Assembly (NCBI RefSeq): GCF_009834535.1 | Contig: NC_045697.1 | Span: 34,846,001-34,910,000 of the forward strand | Reading direction: 5' to 3' | Length of the DNA stretch: 64,000 bases | Source of the DNA: Camelus ferus | Taxonomy: Eukaryota | Part shown: positions 27,690-39,885 of the stretch, piece by piece | Numbering within the stretch: the first letter of the stretch is position 1 | Layout: every line of letters begins with the position of its first letter | Position numbers and translations under genes: made by a program | The notes under the pieces: model-generated | The model's input: only the letters and a program-made list of their open reading frames with translations | Databases searched by the model: none | Told to the model about the DNA's origin: nothing

Positions 27690-27930
27690 AGGTGGTTAAG
27701 AGCTTTGCCTGGATTCAGTCCCTGGCTCTGCTACTTACTAGCTGTACGACCTTGGGCAAGTTACTCTAAGCCTCGCCTTCTTCCTCTATTGGATGGAGAA
27801 AATAATAGTTCTTACCTCTTTAGAGTTGTGAACATTATGTGAGATAATCTGTATGCTTTTAAAAAATATTTTAATGAAGTGTTGTTGATTTATGCTTTTA
27901 GCATGAGTCTGGCATATTAACTCTCTGAGA
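27690..27930 (+). mobile_element. MIR
   Basis: gtggttaagagc; cctggctctgctacttactagctgtacgaccttgggcaagttac. Confidence 0.8.
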
Positions 27931-29174
27931 CTAGCTACAATTACTCTTAAGCCTGTTTGTTTAAATTGAGAAATATTGGGTGAGTGCTTTCAGGATCTTG
28001 TGGGAGATTCTTAAATGTTGATCCCTGCTCATTAAGGCAGTTATCGTAGTCAAGCTTTATGCAGGAATAAAATAAGAAATAGTCTAGGAAATACACAATG
28101 AATTGCTAAAAAGAGTGATAGGGACAAAAAGTACTGAGAGTGCTCAGAATTGGGAAGAAAATAATAGTCTAAAGTAGTTGGGGCAGACTTTGAGAGGTGG
28201 CTTTTATGCTCTGACAACTGCTAGAGGCAGAAATATTTGTAACTCCCAATTAGAAAGGGTTGAATTACGTCGATACTCTTGAATATATGATGTCAAGCCT
28301 TTATTTTATTGTCAAGTGATACTAAATATTATTAGAAGTGACAGTTTTTCATATTAGTGTGAAATCATGTGCTCTCAAAGGAATCTTAGGTATGTAGACA
28401 CTTTAAAAGAAACCAGAATCATCTAAATATCATCACATGCTTCTTACAAGTGATGATTATAATGATGCTCTTAATAATAACGAGGATTAGCTGCACTCAT
28501 CAGCCCATTTTAGATTATGTATTCTTAGAACACGTTGACTCCGCTTGGAGAAGCTGATTAAGTCTTTGCTGCTTTGGTTTCTGAACATAGGGTTTGTTCA
28601 GGTAAAACAAGTCTTCTTAAATACTATGCCAGAAGTTTCTTTTGACCAGATGGTACCTGCTTACTGTTTGATCCTGGTTACTATATATCTTGATACTATA
28701 GATGTCCTGCACTTTTTCTGAGAAGATTTGTGTGAATTAAAAGTTTGATAAATCATATTTACAGTACTTTGGAGTATGTATTTGGAGTATAAGTTAAAAG
28801 GGGTGGTGGTAGGTGTTAGTGGTAGAGAAAGAAAGATTTAGAGAGTTTTTTTCTTAGCAAGCTAAAAATCTACTTTCTGTAACTTACACCATTTCTTTTT
28901 TCATCTAGAGGAATGTTTTCCCCCAAATGTAAACCACAAAATGCTAGTTCTGAAGATGGTTAGTAGATATTGTGGACCTGAGATCAAAATATATGGGAAA
29001 AACAGTTCAACAACAACAAAAATTTTTCTTTAATGCTGATTTTTTTTTTGATACGATCGTATATATTTAGTATGGTAAATCTGTAAGTGGTATAGTTTGT
29101 TTACTAAATTTATTTGCACTCCCAAGGAACTAGTATCTGTAGAGCATACCTAGAAAATAGTGTTGTTCTTAGAG

Positions 29175-29422
29175 CAGTGGCTTTCACAGCTTCTTTTTCC
29201 TGAACCCAGCTTCATGATAAGAAAGACATTTTATACCATAACCTCGTACATAAATATATATGAATAATTGAAACAAGTGTTTCACAAAACTGTACTTCGT
29301 ACATGTGGTAAGCACTAATATTTTCTATTTTGTTCTGTTTCTTCAGGAAAAAAAAGCTGGTTACAACCTACTGAGCTGATTTGCTCACCCATTAATGGGT
29401 AATTCTCAGTTTGAAAAACGCT
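29175..29422. mobile_element. hAT-Charlie-type non-autonomous DNA transposon remnant
   Basis: cagtggctttcaca...cagtttgaaaaacgct ends form a degenerate TIR in a tag...cta context. Confidence 0.5.
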
Positions 29423-29459
29423 CTTCTAGTAACAACTCAGAAAAGTTTAGAGAAGAGAA

Positions 29460-29665
29460 CTAACGTTATTGTGCATCACAACGTGTTAGGCTATGCCAGG
29501 CAACTCACATTTTTACACTTAATTGCATTTAATTTTTATCCGTTTATGAAGTAAGTAGCATTTTCTAGGTGAGGAAACTTGACCTTTCTAAGCATCAAAT
29601 AACATGGTAAATGATAGCCAGGATTTGAATCCAGCTTTTTATGACATCATAGCTTATGCTGTTCC
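29460..29665 (-). mobile_element. MIR
   Basis: ggtgaggaaactt; agccaggatttgaatccag. Confidence 0.55.
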
Positions 29666-30754
29666 CACTAAATTTTCTTTCTCCAAGTATAATTCCTTTT
29701 CCACATGAATAGCCCCTTACAATATTTGAATACTGTTATTGTGACCCTGCTGACTCCTCCCCATCACACATTCTGAGCATTCTCATCTCTTCTTCAGAGT
29801 AAAACAGTCCCAGTTTATTTAGTCATTCCTTAGCGAATGTAATTCTCTGATCCTTCAATTGTGGTCATTTTTCTCTTAATGAATTTTAGTTGCTCTTCGT
29901 CATTGACCATGATTCCCAGAATCATACTCAGCATTTTAGATGGTATTTGATCAGACAATGTGTGGTTGGATATATCTTCTTGAGCTAAATGCTATTATTT
30001 TAAAACTAAATACTTCATTCACAGTTTTAACTTCTGTTACTTATGCTTAGTATTAGCCAGTAGTGTCAGTCATACTCCATATCCTTCATACATAGGTTAA
30101 ATTAAGTCTTCCGCACCCTGGTTTTCTGTAACAAAATTTTTTTAGCCTAAATATTAGGCCTTTGTATTTCATTTTGTTAGTCTTGATTTAGGCATTTAAT
30201 ATTATCTATTCCTTCCAATTTTTTGGTAGGCATACCTACTGGGTCTTCATTCAAGTTGATAAAAATATTAAAATGACAGAATAAAGAGCTCTGAAGCATA
30301 CAGCTTGATTAGACTCCCTCCAGGTTAACATCGTTAATCAACACACTGGTTTCTCAGCAACTATTATTTCTATGTAATATTATCAAGCCCATATGCTGTT
30401 TTGCCTGGCTGGATATTATGAAAGATTTTACCAAATGGCTTGCTGTAATTAAGCTATATGATGCCTACAGAGTTCTTACCTGCAGTGAAGTTAACTTATC
30501 AAAATAGAAACTAGTTAATATGGTTTGACTTGCTCATGATGAATCTTCTGACTTTTTCCTTTTCTAACTTTACAAACATTTTGTTTAAGCTAGTTTTGAA
30601 TTTTGTAAGGAATCAGCCTGGTCTGGAATTTCTAGACATTGCTTATTTTTCTCTTTAGAAATTATCATATTTCCTCTTAACCAGGCTTTTGACCCTGCCA
30701 TAAAACTTCAGATCAACAGATTTTGGGTCAGCAATAAGTTGGTGATTCATCATG

Positions 30755-31810
30755 TGATGGTGAGGTAGGGGTCCAACGTCATTTTTTTTGCATGTGGGTA
30801 TCCAGTTGTCCCTATACCATTTATTGAGAAGACGTTTCTGTTCCCATTAAATTGTTTTAGCACCCTTGTCAAAAAAATCAGTTGCCCATAAATGTAAGGG
30901 TTTATTCACAGACTGTCAATTCTATTCCATTGATCTATGACTACCCTTATACCGGTACTACACAGTTGTGATTACTGTAGCTTTTTGGTAAGTTTTGAAA
31001 TTGAAAAATGTGAGTTCTCCAGTTCTGTTTTTGTTTGTTTCAAGATTGTTTTGGCTATTCAAGGGTCCTTGTAATATGAATTTCAGAATCAGCTTGTAAG
31101 TTTCAGCCAAAAAAAAAAAAAAAAAAAAAGGCACCTGGAATTTTGAAAGGGGTTGTATTCACTCTGTAGATCAATGGGGGATCTTAACTATTGAGATCTT
31201 AAGAATATTGATTTTTTTCAGTCCATGAACACTGAATGTCTTTCCGTTCACTTAGGTCTTCTTTAATTTCTTTCAGTTGTGTTTTGTAATTTCCAGTGTG
31301 TAAGTCTTACATTTCTTTTGTTAATTTTATTTTTAGTCCTTTTATTTTTTGATGGCACTGTAAATAGAATTGTTATTCTTAATTTCATTTTTGGATTGTT
31401 CATTGCTGCTATATAAAAATACAGTTGATTTTTATATATTGATGTCGTTGTCTCCTACAGTCTTACTTAAGTCATTTATCACCTGTAATAGTTTTTTGGT
31501 GGGGTGTGGATTTCTTAGGATTTTTTATAAATAAGATCAAGTCATCTGCTAACAAGGGATAATTTTACCTTTTTTTTTTTTGGTGGGGAGGTAAGTAGGT
31601 TTATTTATTACTTTTAGAGGAAGTACTGGGGATTGAACCCAGGACTTCCTGCATGCTGAGCATGTGCTCTACCACTTGAGCTATACCCTCCCCCAATTTT
31701 ACTTTTTTTCCAATCTGGATGCCTTTTATTTCATCTTCTTGCCTAATTACCCTGGCTAGAATATCCAGTATCATGTTGGGTATAAGTGGTGAAGATGGAC
31801 ATCCTTCAGT
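30755..31810 (-). mobile_element. L1 ORF2 fragment, antisense, in intron 1
   Basis: tatccagttgtcc..accatttattga; ttcaagattgttttggctattc; tagatcaat; ctggatgccttttatttc; decayed, no ORF. Confidence 0.85.
31570..31694 (-). mobile_element. tRNA-derived SINE (Vic-1-like) inserted in an old L1
   Basis: A and B boxes; flanked by aattttac(c)ttttt direct repeats; L1 sequence continues on both sides. Confidence 0.87.
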
Positions 31811-31834
31811 GTGGTTTTTATTGCTCTTTTATTT

Positions 31835-31981
31835 ATTTAAAAAAATTTTGGGGGAGGAGGTAATTAGGTTTTTACATTTATTTGTTTGTTTGTTTGTTTA
31901 TGTTGAGGTACTGAGGATTGAACCCGGGACCTCATGCATGCTAAGCGTACACTCTACCACTGAAATATACCCTCTCCCCCA
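31835..31981 (-). mobile_element. tRNA-derived SINE (Vic-1-like)
   Basis: A and B boxes, (TTTG)n in the tail; 11-bp TSD ctcttttattt at 31824-31834 and 31982-31992. Confidence 0.87.
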
Positions 31982-32014
31982 CTCTTTTATTTTTAATAAT
32001 CACTAACAATTATT

Positions 32015-32205
32015 TATTGCATTAACATGTGACAGATACATGCTAAACATCTTATACACAGTATTTCATCTTCTTAGTAACCCAATATAGTCAGACTATT
32101 GCCCTTGTTTTAAAGATAAGGAAATTAAAGCTTAGGTTAAATAATTTGCTTATAGTCACACAAGTATATGGCCTAGCTAGGATTGGAACCCAGTTAGTCT
32201 GACTA
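32015..32205 (-). mobile_element. MIR
   Basis: agataaggaaattaaagctta; ggttaaataatttgct..tagtcacaca; gaacccagttagtctgact. Confidence 0.65.
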
Positions 32206-32439
32206 TATTGAAAGTTTTTCAACCCTTACCTAATTCTAATTAACTGTATTTTGTATATTATTCTTCATAGATTTATACTGTTGTTCACCTTTGGCTATTA
32301 GATTCTGTCTTTTGATCATTTGTCTTTAACAGCTTGAGCCCTATGTGTATTTTTATTAATTTCTTTATCTGAGGGCCTTTTTTTGTACTCATTATTCATG
32401 TGCTCACTCGGCCTTTGGAGGCCCTGGAAGTCAGATTGT

Positions 32440-32655
32440 AGCTTAGAGCCATGACTCTGGAACTAGATAGCCTGAGTTGAAATCCCTGCTCTTACCCTTG
32501 TCAACTGTGCAACCTTGTCAACCACTTACTCTCTGTGCTTGAAACTCATTATCTGTAAAATAGCGTTAATTATTGTATCAACCATATAGAATTAAATGTA
32601 ATATATGTAAAGTGTTTTAGAACAGTTCCTGGTACAAATTGAATATATAAATGTT
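32440..32655 (+). mobile_element. MIR
   Basis: gactctggaactagatagcctgagttgaaatccc; ctctgtgctt...atctgtaaaat. Confidence 0.7.
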
Positions 32656-33043
32656 CATTTTCAACACTGTTATAGTCATCACCATTTTATTTTAGTTCTA
32701 GACTGGCCTATTTTTGCAGTGAACTTTAAAAAAGAAACTATTTGGAAAATTTCAAGCATACAAAAGTAGAGTGAACAATAAAATGAACCTCCATTTATCA
32801 CCCATGTTTAACACTTACCAACTCATGCCATTCTTGTTTCATCTATACCATTCATACCTCAACCCCCTGGGCTATTTTGAAGCAAATTCCATCTCAAGCA
32901 TCATATCGTTTAATTACTAAATATTGTAGTAGAAGATAAGGACTCTTCAAATATAACTACAATACCAGTTTAGCCCTTTCTCATTAAAAATAATTATTTA
33001 ATATCATCAAATGTACTCTAAATGTTTTTAGATCAGATTTTCT

Positions 33044-33268
33044 TTTTTTTAAACATTTTTTTATTGAGTTATAGTCATTTTACAATGCTGTGTCAAATTC
33101 CAGTGTAGAGCAGAATTTTACAGTTACACATGAATGTACATACATTCATTGTCACATTCTCTTTTGCTGTGAGCCACCACAAGACCCTGTATATATTTCC
33201 CTGTGCTACACAGTACAATCTTGTTTATCTATTCTACATTTTGAAATCCCAGTCCCTTTCCACCCCCC
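33044..33268 (-). mobile_element. L1 3' terminal fragment with poly(A), relatively young-looking
   Basis: Minus strand ends ...gactataactcaataaaaaaatgtttaaaaaaaa and resembles the L1 3' ends at 56240-56408 and 43106-43189. Confidence 0.8.
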
Positions 33269-33304
33269 AAAGAGTTTAAGTTTATGATCTTCTCATCATT
33301 TAAT

Positions 33305-33434
33305 TAATTTTTTTTGGAGGGTGAGTAATTAGGTTTATCTTATTTATTTATTGTTAATGGCAGTACTGGGGATTGAACCCAGGACCTTGTGCATGCTAGG
33401 CACACACTCTACCACTGAGCTATGCCCTCTCCCC
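33305..33434 (-). mobile_element. tRNA-derived SINE (Vic-1-like), 5' part of a SINE-L1 composite
   Basis: Minus strand gives gggagagggcatagctcagtggtagagtgtgtgcctagcatgcacaaggtcctgggttcaatcccc. Confidence 0.88.
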
Positions 33435-35454
33435 CAGATTTTCTAGAAATTAGTTTGCACATCTATGTTTAGAATTTTCTTTTTATTTTGTTATAAACAC
33501 CAAGATGAAATGACCTCTTTCTTCTAGTATTTTGATTGTTTTGATATTCTCAGTTAATTTGTTGGTGATGGTTGGAACAGGTCCAGTTCCTATTTCTTTC
33601 CTAGCCTTTTGAGAAAATTAATTGTTGAGGCAAATCAGGAATTTCTTAGGTGTTCTGTATGCAGGGTGAGGTTTTGAGCAGATGTCGAAATACTTGAAGT
33701 GGTCCCATATCACTCTTTGTGCTAAAATTGAAATTTGTATTAGGTAAGTAACATCATTTATATCTTCCTTTGGCCTGTTGGACTGTAATCAGCTCAGTAA
33801 TCAGTAATATCATCCTGATTTTTACATTTACAGTTACTTAACATTTTTAGTTTTAGTACTTGTACTTTCAGGCTCTTGTGTTTTTGTAAAAAAGAAAAAT
33901 TAAGTCTAATTTTCCATAAGTCCACATTTTCTTCATGAAATTTACCTAAAACAAGTATACTTTTACTGAGGAAAGAAACAGTGTTGGGGTCGGGTCTCAA
34001 AGAAAGGACCCCTTTTTAATGGTTTTTATTAGACTTTCTCAAGAGCCTCATACAAAAGAATGAACAAGTGCATTTAATACATAAAAATCTTTATTTACTA
34101 TTTAAAATATTCATTGCTGAGGGGGAGGGTTAGGAACTGACTTAACCATCTCTCTAAGTTTCCAGATTGTTTCCTTCATTCCTACTGTGAATTGTGCTAA
34201 TTGAAAAGGAATTTACATGTGGGCAAAAGGGAGGCAAAAGTATGTGTGAAATACTTTCTAAATGAGTTTTAGACTGTTTATTCATCTACTGTGCTGCACT
34301 GTTGTAGGTGAGAGTTTAGTATTGCATATATATGCATAAAGACTGTGTTATCTGATCAGTATTTGTTAGTGAAAATTGTTTGTCAGTATCCAGAAGTTTG
34401 TTGCTTTCTTATTTTTTCCCTTTTTCTTTGAGAGATTCATTATTGCTGACATAACCCCCGTATATCTGTAGAGGTGACAACAGATTGAGAATAAAGATGT
34501 TAAGAGAAAATAGGTATCAGCTGTTAGGCTCTCTGTGGGGCCCTTAGGAACTTTTGCAGAACTTAAAATCATAGTAAATAAAATTAGAAATGGTCTTTGA
34601 GATCATGTGATCATACCTTTTGTTTTTAAGCTGCTTAATATTCAAGCTGGCCAAGGCAAATGATTATTTCTTCTGTTTTTAAAATTTTTTGAGATTGGAA
34701 ATCTGGTAAATTCCTCATATCCTGTTAAATCCATTCTACTTTAAATGAGTTTTCTTCCCAGTTTATGAAGACAGTTTAAACTCAGACTGACTTTTCATCT
34801 CTGAGTCAGATATAGGTATGTTGTTTTCACTTACTGTATTTTTTCACTCAGAGCCCTCCATTTCTGAGAATGGACTTATTAGCTGACCTCTTTGTTTTAT
34901 GCATGTTTTTTGTAGGGGGCCATTGGTACAATTTACCTGTAATTTAATATGATAAGCTTAGGTTAATAAAGCAATTTAATATGTATAATTATCACCACTT
35001 ACAGTTTGGCAATCATTCACTGATTAACATCTCCTGAAGTTTTGTTTTCTAGGCTCTTCTGTACCAAGGAGATGTTACTTTAACGTGGTTTGTGTGTGTG
35101 TTTTAAATGAATCAGAAGTTGTACATCTAGATGAGCGTTTTATTCCCTTCTTAGCAGTGGTTTTTCAGTGATTCTAACGTGGCTTTACATTTTTTTTCTT
35201 TAATAGAACAAATACTTAGAGCTCCTTTAATGTGAGCAGTACAGTGTTGTGAACATCTAGAGACATGATACTGCATTTTCTTGCTTTCTTAAAAAATGGA
35301 ATTTAGCTAAAGAAGGCCACATGATTGATAAAATATATTAGTCATTCTCATTTGAGCATATTCTATATACCAAGTATTGTATAAGGCATTTTATGCATGT
35401 TAAATCATTTAATCTGCAGTTTTGAGTTGTAGTTATTGTTATCCCCATTTTTAA

Positions 35455-35800
35455 AAATTGGGGTAAAATATACAAAATAAAATTTACCATTGTAACCATT
35501 TTTAAATTTATGGTTCAGTGGCATATTAGGTACATTTATATTGTTGCTCAATCATCACCGCCATCCATCTCTAGAACCTTTTATCTTTACAAAGTGAAAC
35601 GCTGTATGAACAGTAACTCCTCATTCCCCTCTTGTCTCTGCTCCCAGCCCCTGGTAACCACCATTCTACTTTCTGTGTCTGTGAATTTGATTCTTCTGGG
35701 TACCTCATATAAATGGAATCATATAGTCTTTGCCTTTAGTGTCTGGATTATTTCATTTATTGTTGTGTCTTCAGAGTTCATCTGTGTTGTAGGAGGTGTC
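35455..35800 (-). mobile_element. L1 3' end fragment
   Basis: aaaatttaccatt.taaccatttt; ccccctggtaaccaccattctactttctgt; ggtacctcatataaatggaatcata. Confidence 0.8.
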
Positions 35801-38800
35801 ATGTTATCCCCGTTTTACAGGTAAGGAAACTAAATGCAAAGTCACATAGCTAATGTAATGCATTAAGATTCAGACCAAGCCTGATAAAAAATTTGATCTT
35901 GATTTATTTAACCTGTATATAGATTGATTTTTTTTTTTAGACTTATTCTGTATAACTCTGGAGATCATTACTAGGACAATAGGTATACACTGGAGGTAGG
36001 GAAATATTTAATATAAGGAAGAATTTTCTAATAAAGCTATTCCTAGATGGTATGGACTACCTTTAAAAAGTGTTGTAAGTAACCTTCAGCAGTAAAGACT
36101 ACTGGATGGTCCTGTGGCAAGGGATGTTACAAAGACATAAAAAGTTGAATTGATTATTTCTATGTATTCTTTTAAACTCAGGGTTTTTCTGGTTAAAATA
36201 TTATAATCTATTTGGGAACATAAGGTACCTTCAAGACAAAGTGCCAAGCTTAAATGGGGGAGAGATCTTTAGCAATGTAAGCATCATGGATTTATTTTCA
36301 CTAAATCTATGGCACATTTCTCTGAATATCCTCAGTAATGGCAGATTCGTTTCCTCTTAGGGTTGGTTTGAGTTTTGAAAAACTGTTTAAAGTCATTATT
36401 ATGCCTAGTGAGTAAAAATGGGTTAGCAGCAGTCCAACTCCAATTAACCTTTTTTGTAGATTTACTTGCTATTGTCAGAATACTTCATGGACATTCATGC
36501 TTATTACCTTTTATTGTTCGTTCTGGATAGAGTACTTTTTTTCTCTCCATGAAATTCTTAATCTCCCACTGGGTTTACTTCCTCTTCAGTGTTACCTATC
36601 ACTGTTTATGTATCTTTTTAGAGTATATGTAATACCACAAATCTTGTACTTTGGTCTGTCTAGTGTAGATTGTGAGCATTTTAATGAGGGACAGTATCAT
36701 ATTCATCTTTATTGTCTGAACAGGCTTTCAGTATCTTGTGTGTAGTAGGAGTTAAGTTATATGAAATTAAATTGAATCAATCTGATTGTCAAAGATGTAT
36801 GTTGAAATGAAGCCGTAAAATAATGAGACCAAATTTCTTGCATGACTTGTATGATCCGTATACTAGTTATGAATGAGGAGTTTCACACATACTCTGCATA
36901 ATGGCAGTATTTAAACTATACTCTCCCATTGATTAAAGAAGAAAATACTATCTGCAGTGTCTGATGTTAAAAATCAGTTTTAAAATTAAAATAGTGATAT
37001 CTCTCTTTGATAGGTTAACAGTTGCACCTTTTTTTAAACTTTGTACTTTTATGATTTCTAAATTTTCTGTCATGAACATGTTGCTTTTGTAATTAAAAAA
37101 AAATCCTACTGATTTAAATCCGTTTTGTTACTCTGGTCACATAGGGTAGGGGTCCTAATACAACATGATACGTTAAAAAGCACTTGATGTTTTCCTTGTT
37201 ACTTAGTAGTAGTAAGAATATGTATCACAGATGAAGAAATGTTGGTTCCAGTAAGTTTAGACATGTGTTTTTGGTAGAACCTGAGCCCAAGTCCGCTGAT
37301 GTGCATGATCTTATCTATTATTCTTGTCTTTTAACTTTGCATTTTAAAAATGAAATTTCTCAAGTGTAAATATTAACAAGTTTATCAGATTTACCTAAAA
37401 TATGTAGTCTGTTTTTGTTAAGGGGAAGAAACCCAAGCTCTTTTGTTTTCTGGGAATATCAGATAAGGAACCCCAAAGCTTATAGTTCACATTCCGTGAG
37501 CCTTCTGGGTCACTGATGTTACTGCTCTCCTCAGTCCCATTTTTGGGATTACCCTGCATGCAAATCCCTACGCCAAACTTTCCTGGGTTCCTGGCTGGTG
37601 CTGATGCCTTGGTAAGCCAAAAGGGCTCCTTTCCTTCTTAACTTATACAGGTCGCTGCCTCCTTGCCCTTCTGCTAGGAACGTATCTATTACTATATCTG
37701 TAAATTAGTTTAATTTTGACATTATTTTTTAAAGAGACATTTTGAGTAGTAAATAGCACTAAGTAGTGTCTTAGTATAAATGGATTGAGTTACAATAATG
37801 TACTGTTCCTTATAGTAATGACTTGCACTAGCCAAAGCACACTGCGTGTTGACTCCTGTTGAGATAGTTTAGTAGCAAAAATGAACGTGTAAAGGTTTTA
37901 AGGCTTTCAGTAATGTAAATTCTTATTTTGCTTGTTCTGTTTACTCATAATCATGTCCTCTGGGATCTTTCTTTTGGGAATCTAAGTTATGGAGGAAATG
38001 GACACTTTTAGGAAAACACTAGCTTGTTTAAGAGGAAGACAAAAAATGCAAAACATACTGTTTGCTTTGATCTTGGAAAAGTTTCAAATTCTTCAATAAA
38101 ATTGAAAGTTCTTAGATTGTTAAAGGACTATAAGGAGGAAAAGAAAAAGTGATTATATCTCCTTGAAATGTGAAAAATAATAGAAGCAAGATAATGCAAT
38201 ACCATAATATCCAATATGAAGTTTATGAAAATATTTGGGAAGAAGAAGAGGGAGGTAGTGTTTAGTTAAAAATTAGAGGTTTAGAATTCATGAGGATGAA
38301 TCAGACCATCTCCCACTTCTACAGTTTACTAGAAGGAAATACCTCCCACCCACAACCCTCTACTACTCCACTCAAGAGCTTCTGCTCATCTGCCTGTAAG
38401 AGAGTCACAAAGTACCCAACCTTGTATGGCTGTTAAGGGTTGTTTTGTTTGAAAGTGTGACTAAGAAGCAGGAGTGGGCCTGACTAAGTCTGCAAATGAC
38501 CTGTGAGTCTAATAAACTTGAGGAATGGAATTTAATAGATGCTGTCAATTTAGTGAGAAGGGTTTTAATTGTATGCATTTAGTGCCTAATTAGTAATGTA
38601 TTTTATAATTATAGAGATTATGCTGTATGTCTATTAATAACTAGTAGATATAGAAAGAGTACTTTAATTTAGTAATTTTAGGATATTAATATCTTTTGAG
38701 TAAGCTCTCTAATTTCCCCTCTAGGAGGGAGATAATGGGTTTTGTGTTGACTTGTCATAGTGAAACTCTTGTTTGCCATTGAGTTATTTTTAGCTAGGGC

Positions 38801-39744
38801 TGATCTGGAGAGGATTAAAAAACAAAATCCAAAAAACAGATGAGTCTAGAAACCTGAATCTAGAGGTTTGGAACTTGATGAGCAGGCAGTGTAGGTTTCA
38901 GTGACAGTACAGCCCGAGAGAACTGAGAGAGCTAACAACCAGCACTATGTAATGTATAATCATTTAGTTCTGTCTTAATTCGTCTTTGAATTCCTGTCTA
39001 GCACCATACCTGGCCAGTGGTAGCTGCTACATAAATATTTGTTTAAATGACTGAATACAGCTTGATACTAAGCCTCCAGTGCTTTAGAGTTTAGCTTGGA
39101 GACAGAATGAACACGGAAATTGGTTCTCTCTGAAACCAATAATGAGAGTTCATAGAAGAAAGATTTATATGGACTTGAATGTGAGAGCTGGGACTTAGGA
39201 TTTAGGTACAGGTGGAAAGGTATTTCTTGCTGTTTTGTCACAATCAAAAAGTACAGGGAGAAGAATGAGTGATTAATTTGACTAGGGTATAAAGAGGAGC
39301 CTGTGAAGATAAAAGTTTGTTGGGGAACAAGTGAGAAAGTTGAATCACTGGGTTGGAAGACTATACTGTGGGATGACTTATGAAATCTAGGAGGAGATTT
39401 TTGATTGCTGGAATATTCTTAACAGAATGGTGTTTTAGAAAGGTTGATGTGGCAGTAGTATGGAGGTGGGAACAGAAGGCATAGCTACCTTTGTGGCCTA
39501 GAAAACTGAGCCTCTGAGTTTTACCAGTCTCTTGTGTCCAGAACACATAGCAAAACTGGAATTCAAACCCAAATTATTGAGTTCATAGTGATAGTCTTTC
39601 CATTTCATCCCAACCACTTTAATTGATTGCATGATAACCATCATATCTAGCCAAATGATTAAAGATCAGATTTGTTTAGTTCCTCTTATAAAACATCTAC
39701 ATTGTTTAAAAATATCCTTCTGATCTTATTAACTTTCTTATTTG

Positions 39745-39885
39745 AGGGTATTGACATTTTGGGCCAGATAATTCTTTGTTGTGGGGACTGTCCTGTGTAT
39801 TGTAGGATGTCTAGCAACATCCCTGGCCAAATAAAAATGTCACATTGCCAGATGTTTCCTGGGGGGCAAAATCACCCCAAGAATT
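39745..39885. mobile_element. MER20-like DNA transposon fragment
   Basis: gacattttgggccagataattctttgttgtgggg..ctgtcctgtgtattgtaggatg..tagcaacatccctggcc...ggcaaaatcacccc. Confidence 0.8.
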
